From positions 94,738,001-94,802,000 of the forward strand of contig CM052816.1 in the NCBI GenBank assembly GCA_028534125.1: 64,000 nt of DNA, read 5' to 3'. The position numbers were made by a program, and so were the translations under genes. Below the pieces are notes generated by a model. The model searched no databases, had not been told where the DNA came from, and saw only the letters and a list, made by a program, of their open reading frames with translations. Below are positions 26,505-39,800 of this stretch, in pieces. Source of the stretch: Lama glama. Its lineage: Eukaryota. The first letter of the stretch is position 1. Every line of letters starts with the position of its first letter.

Positions 26505-26924
26505 TGTACCTTTTCTGAAGATGAATTTTGTATAACATTTAAAATAGAGCATGCAAGTCAACATCTGTTTATTCTCTCTAAATTTGTAAAGGTTTGTATA
26601 GGTTTATGGAAAGTGAGATTTGAAATAAAAGAGTCGTTGTACTGGTTTTACACATAAATCACTGGACATACAACTGAATCAACCCAACACAGTGAATCAG
26701 TAGTGCTTTGAAAAATTGGACATAACCCACTTATGGAGATGTGTGATTTCTACAAAATAAGAATCACTGACTTTTTCCCCTTTCATTTCTCTAGTTTTAA
26801 AATCACTGAAATAAAGTATCCAATCCACCACGTCTTGAATTTTATATTAGAATGTATCTTTATACTTAAAAAATTACAAACGCTAAAATGACCCGAATGT
26901 AAACTTTTCAGCTCCTTCTCTAGA

Positions 26925-27052
26925 GCCTTGTTATCCAAACGGCAGTCCAGGACCTGGGTGCCAGTAAGAAATGCATTTACTGTGTAAGGATCTGCATTTT
27001 AACAAGACACCAAGTGATTTCTACGCACATTAAAGTCTGAGTCACTGATCTG
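26925..27052. mobile_element. MER5A-like hAT MITE fragment
   Basis: atctgcattttaacaagacaccaagtgatttctacgcacattaaagtctgag. Confidence 0.7.
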
Positions 27053-28071
27053 TAGTGAGAAACTTCTCTCAAATACCACATCTGGTTTATTGCAGAAGTT
27101 AGAAATCAAGTTTTGACATTAAGACGTTAATCATATTTGACCTTGCAAGTGTGCTTTTCTTTGTATTGTAGTGGTGGCATAATCAGGCACGAAGATCTTT
27201 TGAGTTTTGCTGCCTTAGAGTTTTCTTTCATTTGATGAAAAGTCTGACTTGAGGAATCCAGGTGTTCAATATCATTGATGATAGGATCAAAAGAATTTAA
27301 ATTCACTTTTCAAAATGTCACAGCGTGGATTTGTGAAGATGTAATTTACTTTTTAAAAGTTTTCTCACACTAATTCCTTCCTTAAATTTCTGCAATAATT
27401 GTATCATATCTTTATTATTCACGACTTTCTTTTATTCACATAATATGTCTTGGTCATCTTTTCTGTCAGAATATATAGACTGCTTTTATTCAGTTAATCG
27501 CTGCGTCCATAGTCTCTGTTGGACCCCAGTTTACTTAACCATCCCCTCATGGATTGTTTTCAACTGCTCTTTCCAGGGAACCCTTTTCTCTGATTTAGTC
27601 TCCAAATATTGGAGTTTACGAGATGATGTTATCCCCTTTAAAACTGTCAACATTTTCAGCTTGCCTTTCAGAGATACCCAGCTGTTCCTCCCTCTTCCCT
27701 AATCCCAGCCAGATCCTCCTAGTGTCTCTTTTTTCTCCCCCAGAGCCTTCCTCAGCGAGCTCAGGTCATCTGAGTGAATCGTGCCAGACTCGCTTGGATT
27801 TGCTCGGATCCTTATTATTTCCCCTCTCTTTTCCCTTCCCTGACTGCCCTTGACCTCCACCAGCCCCGGGGTCATACTCAGCCACATCCAGTCTCTCGGA
27901 TTAGTTTCAGCCCATAGCATCCCCCTTTCGCTTGAGCCCTCTCATCACGGAGGCAGGCATTTCCTGCTCTTTTGTGATGCAGTCACGCCTTGTGCACTGC
28001 TCCTGGTAAATCAGGTGGCCCTCCTCAGTACATCTGCCTCGCACCCCTGGTCCAAGATGAGCTGGATGTAA

Positions 28072-28221
28072 GACCATTCTCTCCACCAGATTGCCTCCCA
28101 AGGGAAGTCCTTTAGAAATGCAGAGTCCCAGCCCCCACCCCAGACCTACTGACCACAGTCTGCATTTTAACAAGATCCCTGGTGATGCATTTTGCACTTA
28201 AGTTAAGAAGGTCAGTGATCT
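28072..28221. mobile_element. MER5A-like hAT MITE
   Basis: aaatgcagagtcccagcccccaccccagacctactga ... tctgcattttaacaagatccctggtgat. Confidence 0.8.
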
Positions 28222-31200
28222 GAAGGTCCGTGTTGCTCAGCCATCCTCGTTTCTGGCTCATTAAGGAAAGGCCTTGCTATGTCTCATATGTTGTTGTGGA
28301 GTTTGCACCCCTGATGGAGAGTCTGGGGCTAAGCTGTCAGGAAGCACGGGGTATCTGAGGCGTGGGGCCGCACAGCTAATTGGAGCCTTTGGGAGGCAGG
28401 AGCAAGAAACTAAGACACACCCTGAAGGCAGCAGCAACACCGTCTCTGCTGGCCTCATGCTTTCTGAGGTTTGGAATAATAGGAGTTGCAGCCCCTACAT
28501 CCTGGGCCGGCTGCTCTCAGGCAAAGGTGCTGTGTCCCCGGGTGAGGACCTCGGGGCGTTCCAGGACAGTCAGTTTCAAGATAATCGCCTTCGCCAGCAT
28601 CTCGCTGCCCTCCACGCATTCTCCTTCCCACCTCTCTTTCAGCTCTCCCTGCCTTCTTTACAAAGAAGGGCCAACCTTGCACGCATCCTGAGCCTCAATG
28701 CATACTTGCGTGAACAGTTTCCCAAAAGTCGCATCTGTAAAAGCCAAAAATAGAAAGATTGGTAGTGATCTGTCGCATTCTAGCGAAAAATAACATTCAT
28801 TCATAGAGTCATAAACTAATGTTTTAAACCCCACATCCATCTCATTAAAGAATGTGTTTTAAATAAAATTACGTTTTATGTTTAGTAGTGGCACATCAAA
28901 TACTGTATTCTTCATTAATCCTGTGTTTTGATTGTTGAGTACTATTACCCATGATGATAGCTCAAACCTAAAGAAAAAATTTATATTTGGATCTTTAAGG
29001 TCATAGGAAATAAAGGATATAAAGATGTGTGTGTGTGTATATATACATGGATGTGTTGATCCATTGTTGTAATGAAATATCAAGGCACTGCCTTTTGATC
29101 TCTTGCAGACAGATGATTATTTTAAAGGGAAAAACCATGGCGGTTCCCTCAACAACTGAGATTACATCATAATCTAGATTTTATTGGGTCAAGCTCTGAG
29201 CCTTTCATCAAGCCTGCAAAGGAAAATAAAACTTCTGAAGATTTGCATTAGGCTTGACCTTTGAACCAGTTTCTCAGAAGAAAGGAAGCGCGCGGTGTGG
29301 GCTCTTGCTAAGCACCAGCGAGGCAAAGGGGCTCGTTCTTCTGCTTCAGACTTTGATTTCCATTTAAGGCTTTCGCTCTTTAGGAAAAAAAAAAATGAAG
29401 AAGAAGAAGGGTAATGTGTCCTGAGGTTGAAGGCTGGAAAAATTACACTTGGCTTTCAGTTTTCTGAGAAATCAGCCCCCATTTCTGAGCAAATTTCAGA
29501 AGCAAACTACTTTAACCACAAAACAAACGGTTTCTTTCAATTAACACCCAGCCAATGAGGATGTCTGGAGTCCCTTTTAAACAATGGACCAACTATACTT
29601 TTTCCCATTCTGTTACCCTCTCCACGGTCAATGGCACACTGTGGCGGCCAATGGCAGGCTGCCCTCAGGCTGAGAAGCCCTGGGGATTTCATCTTTTCAA
29701 AAAAGCCAGAACTCTCCGCTGCCAGTAACCTGATGTGCCCCCGACCGTGTTAGGATAGACACCATTTAGTTTTTTCATCATGATCAGGAAAAGAGAAGCA
29801 AAAGGAGATATTCTCAAACGCTTCTTAGATGGTGAGTGCAAGCAGAGAGCGTATTTTCTTCCCATGGTTACCGCAATCGATGGGAAAAGTCTCCTTAGTA
29901 AAGCTCAACAACCAGAAGAGCACGTGATCGCCTTCAGATACGCGCCCTTTCAGGGGTCCCTGGCTGGGTTTCAAGTGGTTACACGTGGTGCGAGTTAGGT
30001 AGGCTTTAAGCTGGGAAACACTGCGTGCAGGGAGGAGTGTTGTGTAGGTGCTGTGTGGCAGGATTTCGACCCGATGGGGAACAGACCCGTGAAGGGGTTG
30101 AGCATTGTTCTTTATTGCTGTTTTGGATCATGTTGGTATTCGGCACAGAACCATAAAAAACGGGTTCCCTGGGCTTGTCCAGAATGCCTCCTGCCCCCAC
30201 CGGCGGGCTTCGCCCCGCCAGGCACTGGGATCAACCCAGACTAGTCAGAAACCATGAAGACGGCGGCCATCCATTGCATAAGATTCAACATCAGGTTGAA
30301 TCAAGGGCTTGAGCTCACCTTGAAAACGCAGCACCTTATCTCAACACCCCGAAGGCAAGGTGCTTGCTCTGCTCTGATGATTCCTGTCGCTTCGTGGAGG
30401 CTGCACTCTCGTCCTGGGTGAGGACCTTGCTCCTTGCTGGTCAGGATTGCCTGCTGCCATCTGCTTACCTGCCCACTGCCCGCCTGCCCAGCTTATGTCC
30501 CCTTCTCTCCCGGGCGCCATGTTTGCATATATTGGATAATTGTTCCTGACCCCTCAAAAGCCTTGTCTTATCTCCACAGTCCCTAAATCTGTTTTGGTTC
30601 CTCGAGTCTGTGCCCTGTGCAGACTTCTACTTCTAAGCTAAAAGCCTCAGCAGGGACCTCAAGTCCCCCTCCTCACAAATGACAGAATTGGCCGTCGGCT
30701 TCATCCCTGACACACCCTCCTCATCTGGCCTCCCGCTGCAGCCCCACAGCCTTCCCGCTAATGCAGACCCTTGTCATCACTACCTGGAAAGATGCAAAGC
30801 CTTTCACCCGGTCCCACTGACCCCAGCTCTCTGGTTCAAGGCATCCTCCTCCCTGCCACCAAAATCACCATGGTCGAAACTACCTTGAGCCCATCTCTCC
30901 CCTTCTTAGTAGTTTTCACTCCTTCTCTGTTGCCTGCAGACTAGATACAAATGCATGCTCTAAAATAAAAGGCTCTGCAACTTCTTACCACCTGGAGTCT
31001 CAGAGCCTGTCTCTGCCCTTCTCTTGTGTTCCGCCGTCCGTGTGATCAGAACGCTGCCTTTATGGGGAATTTCATGACCTTCGAGGCTGCTTTTACACAT
31101 GCCCTTTTCTCAACCTGAAGACCTTTTCCCCTTTTTACTGCTGGAAAATTCGAAACCTTGTTCCAGTTTCTGGTATGATCTCTTTTGCCTCTCTCTGTGC

Positions 31201-31374
31201 TCCCCCTGGAGGGTCTACAGAAACCTGCAGATTTATCTAAAGAAGGGAAGGGAAGGGAAAAGGGGATAGAAAAGAGGGCAGAAAAAAAACCAACTCAGAG
31301 CCTACATAATTTGAGAAATCTTGAAGTCAAAAAGATGTTGCAGAGGAGTTGAACCTTGGCAGATATCCAGTTTT

Positions 31375-31398
31375 CACACACACACACACACACACACA
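31375..31398. repeat. (CA)12 microsatellite
   Basis: Perfect dinucleotide run. Confidence 0.95.
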
Positions 31399-34300
31399 GA
31401 GTTTAATTCTGGACACTAGTGATCGGTGTGCCTGAGAGTCATCTTTTAGGGAAAAAAAATCAGGAAAACATTAATTAAAATATATGTCAGCACATTGAAA
31501 AGAAAGTAAGGACCATGAAAGACCACTATATTTTAATGGAGACTGAGTAATGGCAAGCTAATGTCAATTTAGGTTTTTAATAAAGTTATTAGATTTAAAC
31601 ATTAGGGGCTTTTGTAGATATGACATATATTTATTTCAAAAAAGCCCTTGCAAAAGTTTCTTCTGTTACCGTAAAGAAGCTGATACCCTAGCTGATTACC
31701 CGGTGAGGTCATTCGAGAGTCTCTGTGGTGTGTTTTAAACCCCCTGCAGGTCGTAGGTCTCCTGCAGGAACTTATTTCATGCCACTGTCTGAGTCCGTTT
31801 ACTAATAGTACAGTTCACTTTATAGGTCTTTTCTTCTTTCACTTTTACTTATATTTCATTTGACAACATTCATAATTTTTAGCACTGGAATAATACAGAG
31901 AAAGTGTGAGTCTCTTCCCCAAACTGACCATGGTTACTGGGTATGGGGTGTTGGAAGGACGTGGCAGAATCTTACCTTCTAAGTCAAAGTTGCCAAAGAG
32001 ACCTCTTTGAAGCAGGTATTTCTAGTGGAGGAGAGAAACGAGGGCTGATTTTACAGCCTCTGAATCCGAAGAGCATTGCCTTTGTTGTCTACCATCTTTT
32101 AAAACTACCCTAGAGATTAGGAGAAAGTAAACATAAAGTGTGAAGTATTTGGAAGAAATGTGAAATGAGGGTAGCAACCCCGAGCCTTGTCAGTTGCCCT
32201 CAGGAAGTTGTCAGGATGTGATGCTCCTTGGCAGGGGTGGGGGTGGGGGGTGCAAAGTCAAAAACAAGGAGGGAGGAGGGCAGACTGATTCCTAACTGAT
32301 GACAGACTGATCAGTTACCTTTCTCCACGAGTTTGTCTTCATAGATCGTGTGACTCCCTGACTTTCAAGATGCTTTGAATATGAGTTAGAGTGTGTGGAT
32401 AGAAATCAGAACTATATCACATGTGCTAAAGTAGTGTCTCACGTCTTCATAAAATTAACCACGCTGTGGACACGGACTGTTGAAAAATGATCGTATCTGC
32501 CCACGGAATGGAAGACCGTGTTACTTTTTCCCTCTGACCGCTAACTTTACACATATCGTTCAATGAAATGCCCTGTAGCGTTCCCTGGAGGCGAGATCTC
32601 TCCGTACAGAGGAGGTACACATAGAAGCCTTTCGAAAGTATTAAATGCATTAGAAAAAAAACATAACCTGTGCTTGGTTACCTGCCGAAGGAGAACAGCC
32701 ACACTTTGACAGAAATTTATTTTGACTTTGAATGTAAGTTTCATTCTATACCATACACGTTATTTAAGTCTCTTGCTTGTAACAAAATAACTTTTTATCC
32801 TGTAGCTGTCCAAATGAAAAGAGGTTGCCCAGTAAATGCATTCAAGAGGCCACTCAGAATATATATTATTGTGCAATTCCACAAAATACTGAAAACATGA
32901 ATTACCCCAATGGAACTTTGCTTCTATTTTATATACAGAAACGACACTTTCAGTGAAACTTTTATGTGGGATAGCACATTTATGTTGCTAATCTTTTTGG
33001 AGGCAATTCACAAATGCTTATTACATATTCTTGGGCAATTATGCCTTCCTTATGTCATCCGAGATTCTCTGCAGCAGATACTGTGATCTCATTAAAATTA
33101 CACAGATGACTAAGATGTCCCTATGTTTTCAAGAAGCTTTGGGATGTCTGTGGAAAATGGCAGAGCTTCCGTTCCTGTTCTGTAACACGTGCTGTGAAAA
33201 CGCTTAGCGACGGAAGTCGGAGCAGGGATATTTAAAGGTGGGGAAAGCTTTCCAGGGCAAACTGCAGGAGGTGTTTGGAGAAGAGGCCATTCCTAAGTCA
33301 GGCTGATGATGAGTTTCACGTGAAAGGGAAAGGATGGCGCATGCAGGGAGCAGAAGTCCAGCTTGGCAGACAGATGTATGGAGGGGCGGAGGGACGGAAC
33401 ACGACTAGGGGATGCAGTGCTGTGAGCCTTCGTGTTGTTCTGGAGGACTTTGAGCTGGGAGACGGTGTCATCAGATTTCCGTGTGTCTCAAATCAAAGCC
33501 GTACGGGGTGGAGAAGTGGGGCCGGACTTCGAAGCTGGCCTCTGCGTTAGGATCAGACGTGGAGGGACAGTGCTCTGAGCCAGTCTTCCGTGTTCAAAGG
33601 CTCTCCCCCCAGGACCACACCCTGACCCAGCACCAGTTCGCGGCATTTGCGTGCGTGGGCGTGGCTGGTCCTGTACTTCTCCAGTCTCTCCAGCACCGGC
33701 AGTCTGTTCCCTCATGCGACTCCCATCTTTTTCTTTCTACTGTTACTTTCTCTCTTTTATGAACTTCTCAGAATCCCAACTTTAGACTTTTATTACGTCA
33801 TTATCAAAATATCTTATAATGATAGGGCCATAATTTGGGAAGAGTTTTACAGTGATTACACTACGTCTTCAGTGCAGTATGCGCAGGCGTGATGAAAAAT
33901 ACTGTAATGTTAGCAGTGAGTCACGGCCACTTGTCTCTGGCTTGATGACTGTCCTCTGGAGCTTTAAACCTGTCTCCAGTTACTGCTGTCACCTGGGCAG
34001 AGTGGGGAGATGCCCCCAGAACGGTGGGCCAGCAGTCATACTGCAGAACACAGCGGGTGACCTCTGGAATGTAGTACTGATTTGACCTGATCATTTTTAT
34101 TAGCATACACATCTGCAAGTGACAAAAATGGAAAAGTAAATCTTTTTGGTGCAGCAATGTGCATGTATAGAAGATCATTATTTCACAAAATATTATCTAT
34201 CTTTATGTCAATTTTTCTGATAGCCCAAACTGTTTGAATTGCCTGGCGGTGGATCTGATCCCACTTTTGTTTTATGTTACATGTTGCAGAAAGGTGATAA

Positions 34301-35329
34301 GCTGATTTTTACAATGCATTGTGAAGCTTTGCATTTATTTGAGAAAGGATAATGTGTGTGAATTTTTAACATAGTAGATATAATTTATTGCATAATATTT
34401 TGAGGACAACATATTTATCAAGCTGGATAATAGGTTTCATAAAGCTATGTTAAATTCTGTTTCCTGAATCTTAAGAATTGGTGTTACTTTCCACAGTTTT
34501 TGAAGATGAAAGAGTATTTTTTTTTAGTTCTGCTTTAAGGTACTTTTCGTTTTCATTTTGTGGGCTGATTAAATATTTAATATTCAGAACTATTTCTTCA
34601 CCCACAGAAGTTTTTTTTTTTAAACCATAATTTAGTCAGTGGTTTGTCTGAGGGCACCAATATTTAGATAAACAGAAAACCTAGTGAAAAAAAAAAAACT
34701 GAAGCAACTTTACTTATATGAGTGAAAGCAAACTATGTTAACATTCCTAAAGAACTCTTTCCTGCCAAAACCTGTCGACTGAATTGACAAAACCTAAAGA
34801 AAAAAGAGAGTTGCGCAAAATGTATTTGAGCATCAACTTAATTTCCTTCTGATGGTTTCTTCTCCCGTAAGTAGACTGTGCCAGTTGAGTGTGAGTTAGC
34901 AGTGCCTGTGACCAGTGAGCTCACAGGTGAACTCCGTGTAGGATGGCACAGACCGCTGGGCATTATTTCCCTTTCAGGTGTGATCACTGTTCTCAAATAC
35001 CGGGTCAGTGCATGGGCTTCTTCAGCTGCTTTGGTGAGGCCGCGGGCACGATGGCTTCATGGCAACAGGAAATACAAGACCCGTTTTGGAGTAAAGTAGG
35101 ATGTACTAAAATATTCTGACCGTCATTTATAGAAACTCCAAATACGAAACACTGACTAGAACTGCGGACATACCCTATGATTTGTCATGCAAAAAATTTT
35201 GCAAATGATTTGACAGAATTACTTTAACTAGGATGTTCGTTGAACGTACATTTTTAAATTTAGAAATATTTCTTTTGTGTAATCCTAAAGATATCTATAT
35301 TGCAAAAAAATCATGGTGTAGGCACTTAA

Positions 35330-36340
35330 CATTCTTTATTTGACAAATGCTTACATGAGCATCAGAGCATCATCCGGGGACCGGGCACTGTTCCCGGTAT
35401 TGGGAAACAGACACTGTTTCTACTCTGTTGGAGCTTACGTAGTAGTCAGAGGAAAGGGACATTAAACAAAGAACTACAATCACAAGTAGATAAAGTGTTC
35501 TGAAGAAAATAAAACAAGATAAGGTGCTGGAGAATTAAGTGGGGTGCTGCTTTACACAAGGCAGTAGGGAAAGGTTTTCTATGGGAGTGACATTTGAATA
35601 GAGACAAGTAAGAGCTGACATCTGGGAGAAGAGCATTTGAGCTGCTGGCAGCAGTCAGTGCAAGGGCCCTGAGGCACAGACCTGGTTGGTGCTTGTGAAT
35701 TAAAGTATGTTGAAGTTGGAGCCCCAAGGATGGACTGGAGAATTGAATTTAGAGTTTTAGAAACAAGGAGGAAGTAAGGACAACTGCTGTGGTTCTATCC
35801 TGAGTGGCAGAAAGAACGGGGATTCCGCTTCCTAAGATGGGCAATTCCAGGAGATACCCAGGTTGGGAGGCCGGAGGAAGGGGGTAGGTGGAAACAGGTT
35901 GAGGCTAGTCCATTTTTTTTTTTTTGAGATACTATTTTATATCCAAGTGGAGCCTGGCAATTGGAGCTTGAGGGGGTAGGTGAGAGAAAACTTTGGGAAT
36001 TAGCAGCATGTAAATCCCAAACCGAGAAACAAGAGAAGATACGCAGGGGCCTTCACAGCTGTAAAGGCTTGGAAGAGCGGAGGATCTCACAGGGAAAACG
36101 GAGTGAGCTAGGAGACCAAGGGCAATGCTGTGTTCTGGCATCTAGAAGACAGCAGCCAGGGAAAGAGGAAGTAATCCGGGTTGCCACTGCTGCTGACAGG
36201 ACTAGGACAATGAGGACTGAGAATTAGTCATTGGATTTCACAGCATGAAGTTTTAGGGGGCAGGGTGCTCAGCCCTGAATTTACTGGATCCAGCAGAGTA
36301 CAGGTAAGGAAATGTAGACATCAAATATGGATAATATTCA
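35330..36340 (-). mobile_element. L2 LINE fragment(s)
   Basis: Reverse L2 3' end (attctttatttgacaaatgcttac ... gggcactgttc) followed by purine-rich L2 body (aggacaatgaggactgagaattagtcattggattt). Confidence 0.7.
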
Positions 36341-36349
36341 CAGAGACAG

Positions 36350-36595
36350 TAGAGTCTGCAGTTGAAAATGTGAGCTACCTTGGTTTGCATCTTAGCTCAT
36401 CTGGGTCCTGGCTGATGTGACCTTGGACTAGTCATTTAACCTCTTTGTGACTCAATCTGGTTTCACATGTAGAATAAGGATGGTAACAGCCCTTGCCTGC
36501 TTGTTAACAGCAATAGGATTGTTGGGTGGAGTAACCAGATAAGATGTGCAAAATAATTAAAACAGGGTTTGGCATTACGTAGGTGTTTGCTATCA
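36350..36595 (+). mobile_element. MIR SINE
   Basis: tgtgaccttggactagtcatttaacctctttgtgactcaa ... tgtagaataaggatggtaacag. Confidence 0.7.
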
Positions 36596-36715
36596 TTATG
36601 AGTATTTTCTTTTTGGTACTATTATCAATTTAGACATTAGTAGGAATTTTTTTTTCCTGAAGAGAGCAGAGAAAGGAAAATAGTGCAGTACCTAGAGGTA
36701 TGTGTAGGGTCAAGA

Positions 36716-36753
36716 GTGCGCGTGCGCGCGCGTGTGTGTGTGCACGCACATGC
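36716..36753. repeat. Alternating purine-pyrimidine tract rich in CG/TG
   Basis: gtgcgcgtgcgcgcgcgtgtgtgtgtgcacgcacatgc, 38 nt. Confidence 0.9.
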
Positions 36754-38289
36754 TTGCTTGGTTTTATTTCAGACGAGATTTTACAGCATGTTTTAATGCT
36801 GGTGGGAATGCCCCAGAAGAAGGATTACAGATTAGTGATGCAGGAGAGAGGAAGAATTGTAGGTAAGGACCTTGCATCTGGGAGAGTGGATTTAGTGGCA
36901 CCAAAGGGTAGGGGGACGGTTTATTAATTTGAAGAAAAGGAAAGGCAGAGGAGATTGGTGCAGACATAGTTGCATTGCAAGGTCTGGTGAAGAGAGGGGG
37001 CCTGCTTTTGTTTTCTAGCGAAGATAAGAGCCAGGTTCTCAGTGGAGCTTGGTGGGGGCCTTGGGAGCTGGGGGATCAGGCAGCAGGTGTGAGCTCACAT
37101 CGCAGGGAGCTGGAGGGTGCATGGACTGCAGAACAGAGGCGGGATTTCGGGGCAGGACTGAGAGCCCACTTGAGGTGAGAGGTCAAAGGCTAAAGAGAGG
37201 CCCCGTGGCTTGGCTTAGGGGTCATCTTCAGTGATATGCACGACCCAAGGCAGAGTAGACAGCCAGCCAGATGTCACCAGCCTATGCATTCTGCCAGGTG
37301 ACAGTGGAGGGACAGAGGAACACGAGGTGGACGCAGCTAGGCTCTGTGTTGGCTGCCGGGGACAGCGCCACGTAGGTGATGGATAGTGGAAAGTGAGAGG
37401 GTCTGCATGTTGAAGGCCTCCTTGTGTTTTCAAAGAAATAGTAAGATTCCCTGAGTCTGTCAAAGTCAGGAGTCTGAAACTCAAATCCTGAAGATCACCC
37501 GGGAGACAAAAGGTTCCTGGGCACCTCTGAGCACCTCTGGGACACCACACCTGCCCCTGGACTCTTAACCTGAGGACTCTGCTCAGCTTTGGCAGGAGCT
37601 CCAGTACAAAGTAGAGTCAAAATCCAGGTATTATTTTAGTACCTTAATGCTTTGGTACTACATCTGAAGTCGTGGACTCCAAAAAAAAAAAGAAATCTAG
37701 TGAAAGCTGTGCACATCTTCACAGTACCAACTTTGTCTTTATTCACATATTGGCAACATTCCATCTAGAATTCCACTGTTAACTTGAGGGCTAGGGAATT
37801 CCATCCAGAGGTCTGGGAACTCCAGGTTGAGAAGTGCTGCTTTAAAATTCTACGTTATATATTACATAAAATAATAATCATCACTTGAATGTAAAGGAAT
37901 GGTGATATTCAGAATTTGAAAGCACCTTGTGTGTAGAAGATACGCTCTTGGCTGAAAGGAATTAGTTCAAGTGAAAAGATAATTACAAATGACTAATGAT
38001 TAGCTCAAGAACTATACTTTAAAAGGACAGAGTACAATATAGGAAGGCATAAAGGTTTGTGAGATGTTCAAAATTCAATCCAGGGCATCATTTGGAATCT
38101 ATTATATATTACAGGCAAAAAATGAGACAAGAAGTAATAAGATTTAGAAATTATGCAAGAATGTTCCTAAGTGTGCTTTCTGGGAATTAAAGTCTTATTT
38201 TTCTAGCTGACAATGCTGCCAGAGGCACCCAGAAGCTGTTATCAGGGAAGAGAGGATACAGTAAATGGCGTACGGCACATGAAACTGCA

Positions 38290-38505
38290 GAATCTACGGT
38301 AAATGGGTGCAAGTCCCCATTTGCTAACTGGCTGTGTGACCCTAAGCTAGGTGATAAACCTTAATAAACTCAGTTTCTTGGTCTGTCACATGGGGATAAA
38401 GCAGTACTGCCTCCCTCGTGGAGCTCTTTTAAGGATTAAAAAAGCTAATTGGATCTTAAGTACTTAGAATATATCTGGCAGCTAATGAGAGTCTAATAAA
38501 TGGTC
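38290..38505 (+). mobile_element. MIR SINE
   Basis: ggctgtgtgaccctaagc ... ctcagtttcttggtctgtcacatggggataaagcagtac ... aggattaaa. Confidence 0.75.
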
Positions 38506-39621
38506 GTGTTGATCCTGATTTTCAACTTAAAAAAAATGTGGCCAATTAGATATTCTGGAGATAGTATTTTTTTCTTGGCTATAACCTTTTAGTTGAGGTC
38601 TGGAATCAGTTTTAACCTTTAGAAGTCTTCATAATAAAAAGAACTGTAAAAAGAAATCATAGTGAATGATATCAAATGTCTCTTCCCTTTTGGTCTCCGG
38701 AAGCACGTTAGTCAGGTGAATAATAGCCAAAAGTGGCCTTTTTTATTCACTGCTCGAGAATTATCTGAAATTAGTTTCTGTCCACTGGCTAGAAGACATC
38801 TGAGTGTTCCAGCCCAGTGTTACTTACAGATTCACTCAAGTCAAACTCTGCCATGAGGCTTACTGTGTAGGACCAACCAGAGACTAGGAATTTTAACCAT
38901 CCATTTCCATGGCCAAGGCAAAGCCTGCCCAGCCTGGACCAATGAGTATGCCATTGAACTAGAACACTGAAAATAGAAGTTTTTAATAACAACTCCAGCA
39001 TGTTCTACAGAATCAATTAGCTCTCAGAATTACTGAGGGGAAAAGTTGAAATGCTGTGTATTTCTGTTAACCAGTCACAAAAATCAATTGATCCCTGAAT
39101 TTCCTGTGTTTAACATAAATGTATATCCTCATTTATATATATATTGATAATACATATTAAATCGAAATATTATTCATTGTAATTTTCCAGTGATTCTTTC
39201 AAGTTGTGCTAACAATGACAATTCTAAAATAAAAACTGCCCTGATATTTTACAATAAAAGCTGGTGAAATGCAAAAAAAAGTCAACAGTATAGAATTATT
39301 TATAAATTAGCGTAATATTTTAGAAACATGGAGTATAAGATAATTTAAGGTCTCTACTAATCTCTAGATTGTAGCATCTTTAATAAAATGATAACAAAAA
39401 GCTGTACTCCTCTGTTAAAGAGACCACCCTATGGGGTTATTGTTTTATCTGCTCCACTTTTAATAGTTCAATGTCGTATAAAGACCATAATTTTGGAAAT
39501 ATTAAACTAATGTCTTTTGTTCCTGGCGAATCGTCAGCTACTAGCCAAACCTGTTTCTATTTAGAATTCTTGTGACCACAACCGAATAGAGAAACTGGGA
39601 AATTAGATTTAACAGTTATTT

Positions 39622-39800
39622 CTGGAGCAAAATTAAAATACGTGACGCCCAGTTAAATTCAAATTTCAGATAAACAGTCATTTATATTTAGTACCATATG
39701 ATCTACACAATATTTTGGACACACTTATGCTAAAAATCTGTCAGTTGTTTGCCAGAAAGTCACATTTCACTGAGCATCCTGTTTTGTATCTGGCAATGCC
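39622..39800. mobile_element. MER53-like palindromic hAT MITE
   Basis: aaaatacgtgacgcccagttaaattcaaatttcagataaaca ... ggacacacttatgctaaaaa ... catcctgttttgtatctggcaa. Confidence 0.85.

Noticed and set aside
28274..28753. 159-aa ORF
   Set aside because: Non-ATG start, no homology recognised, overlapping ORFs on both strands
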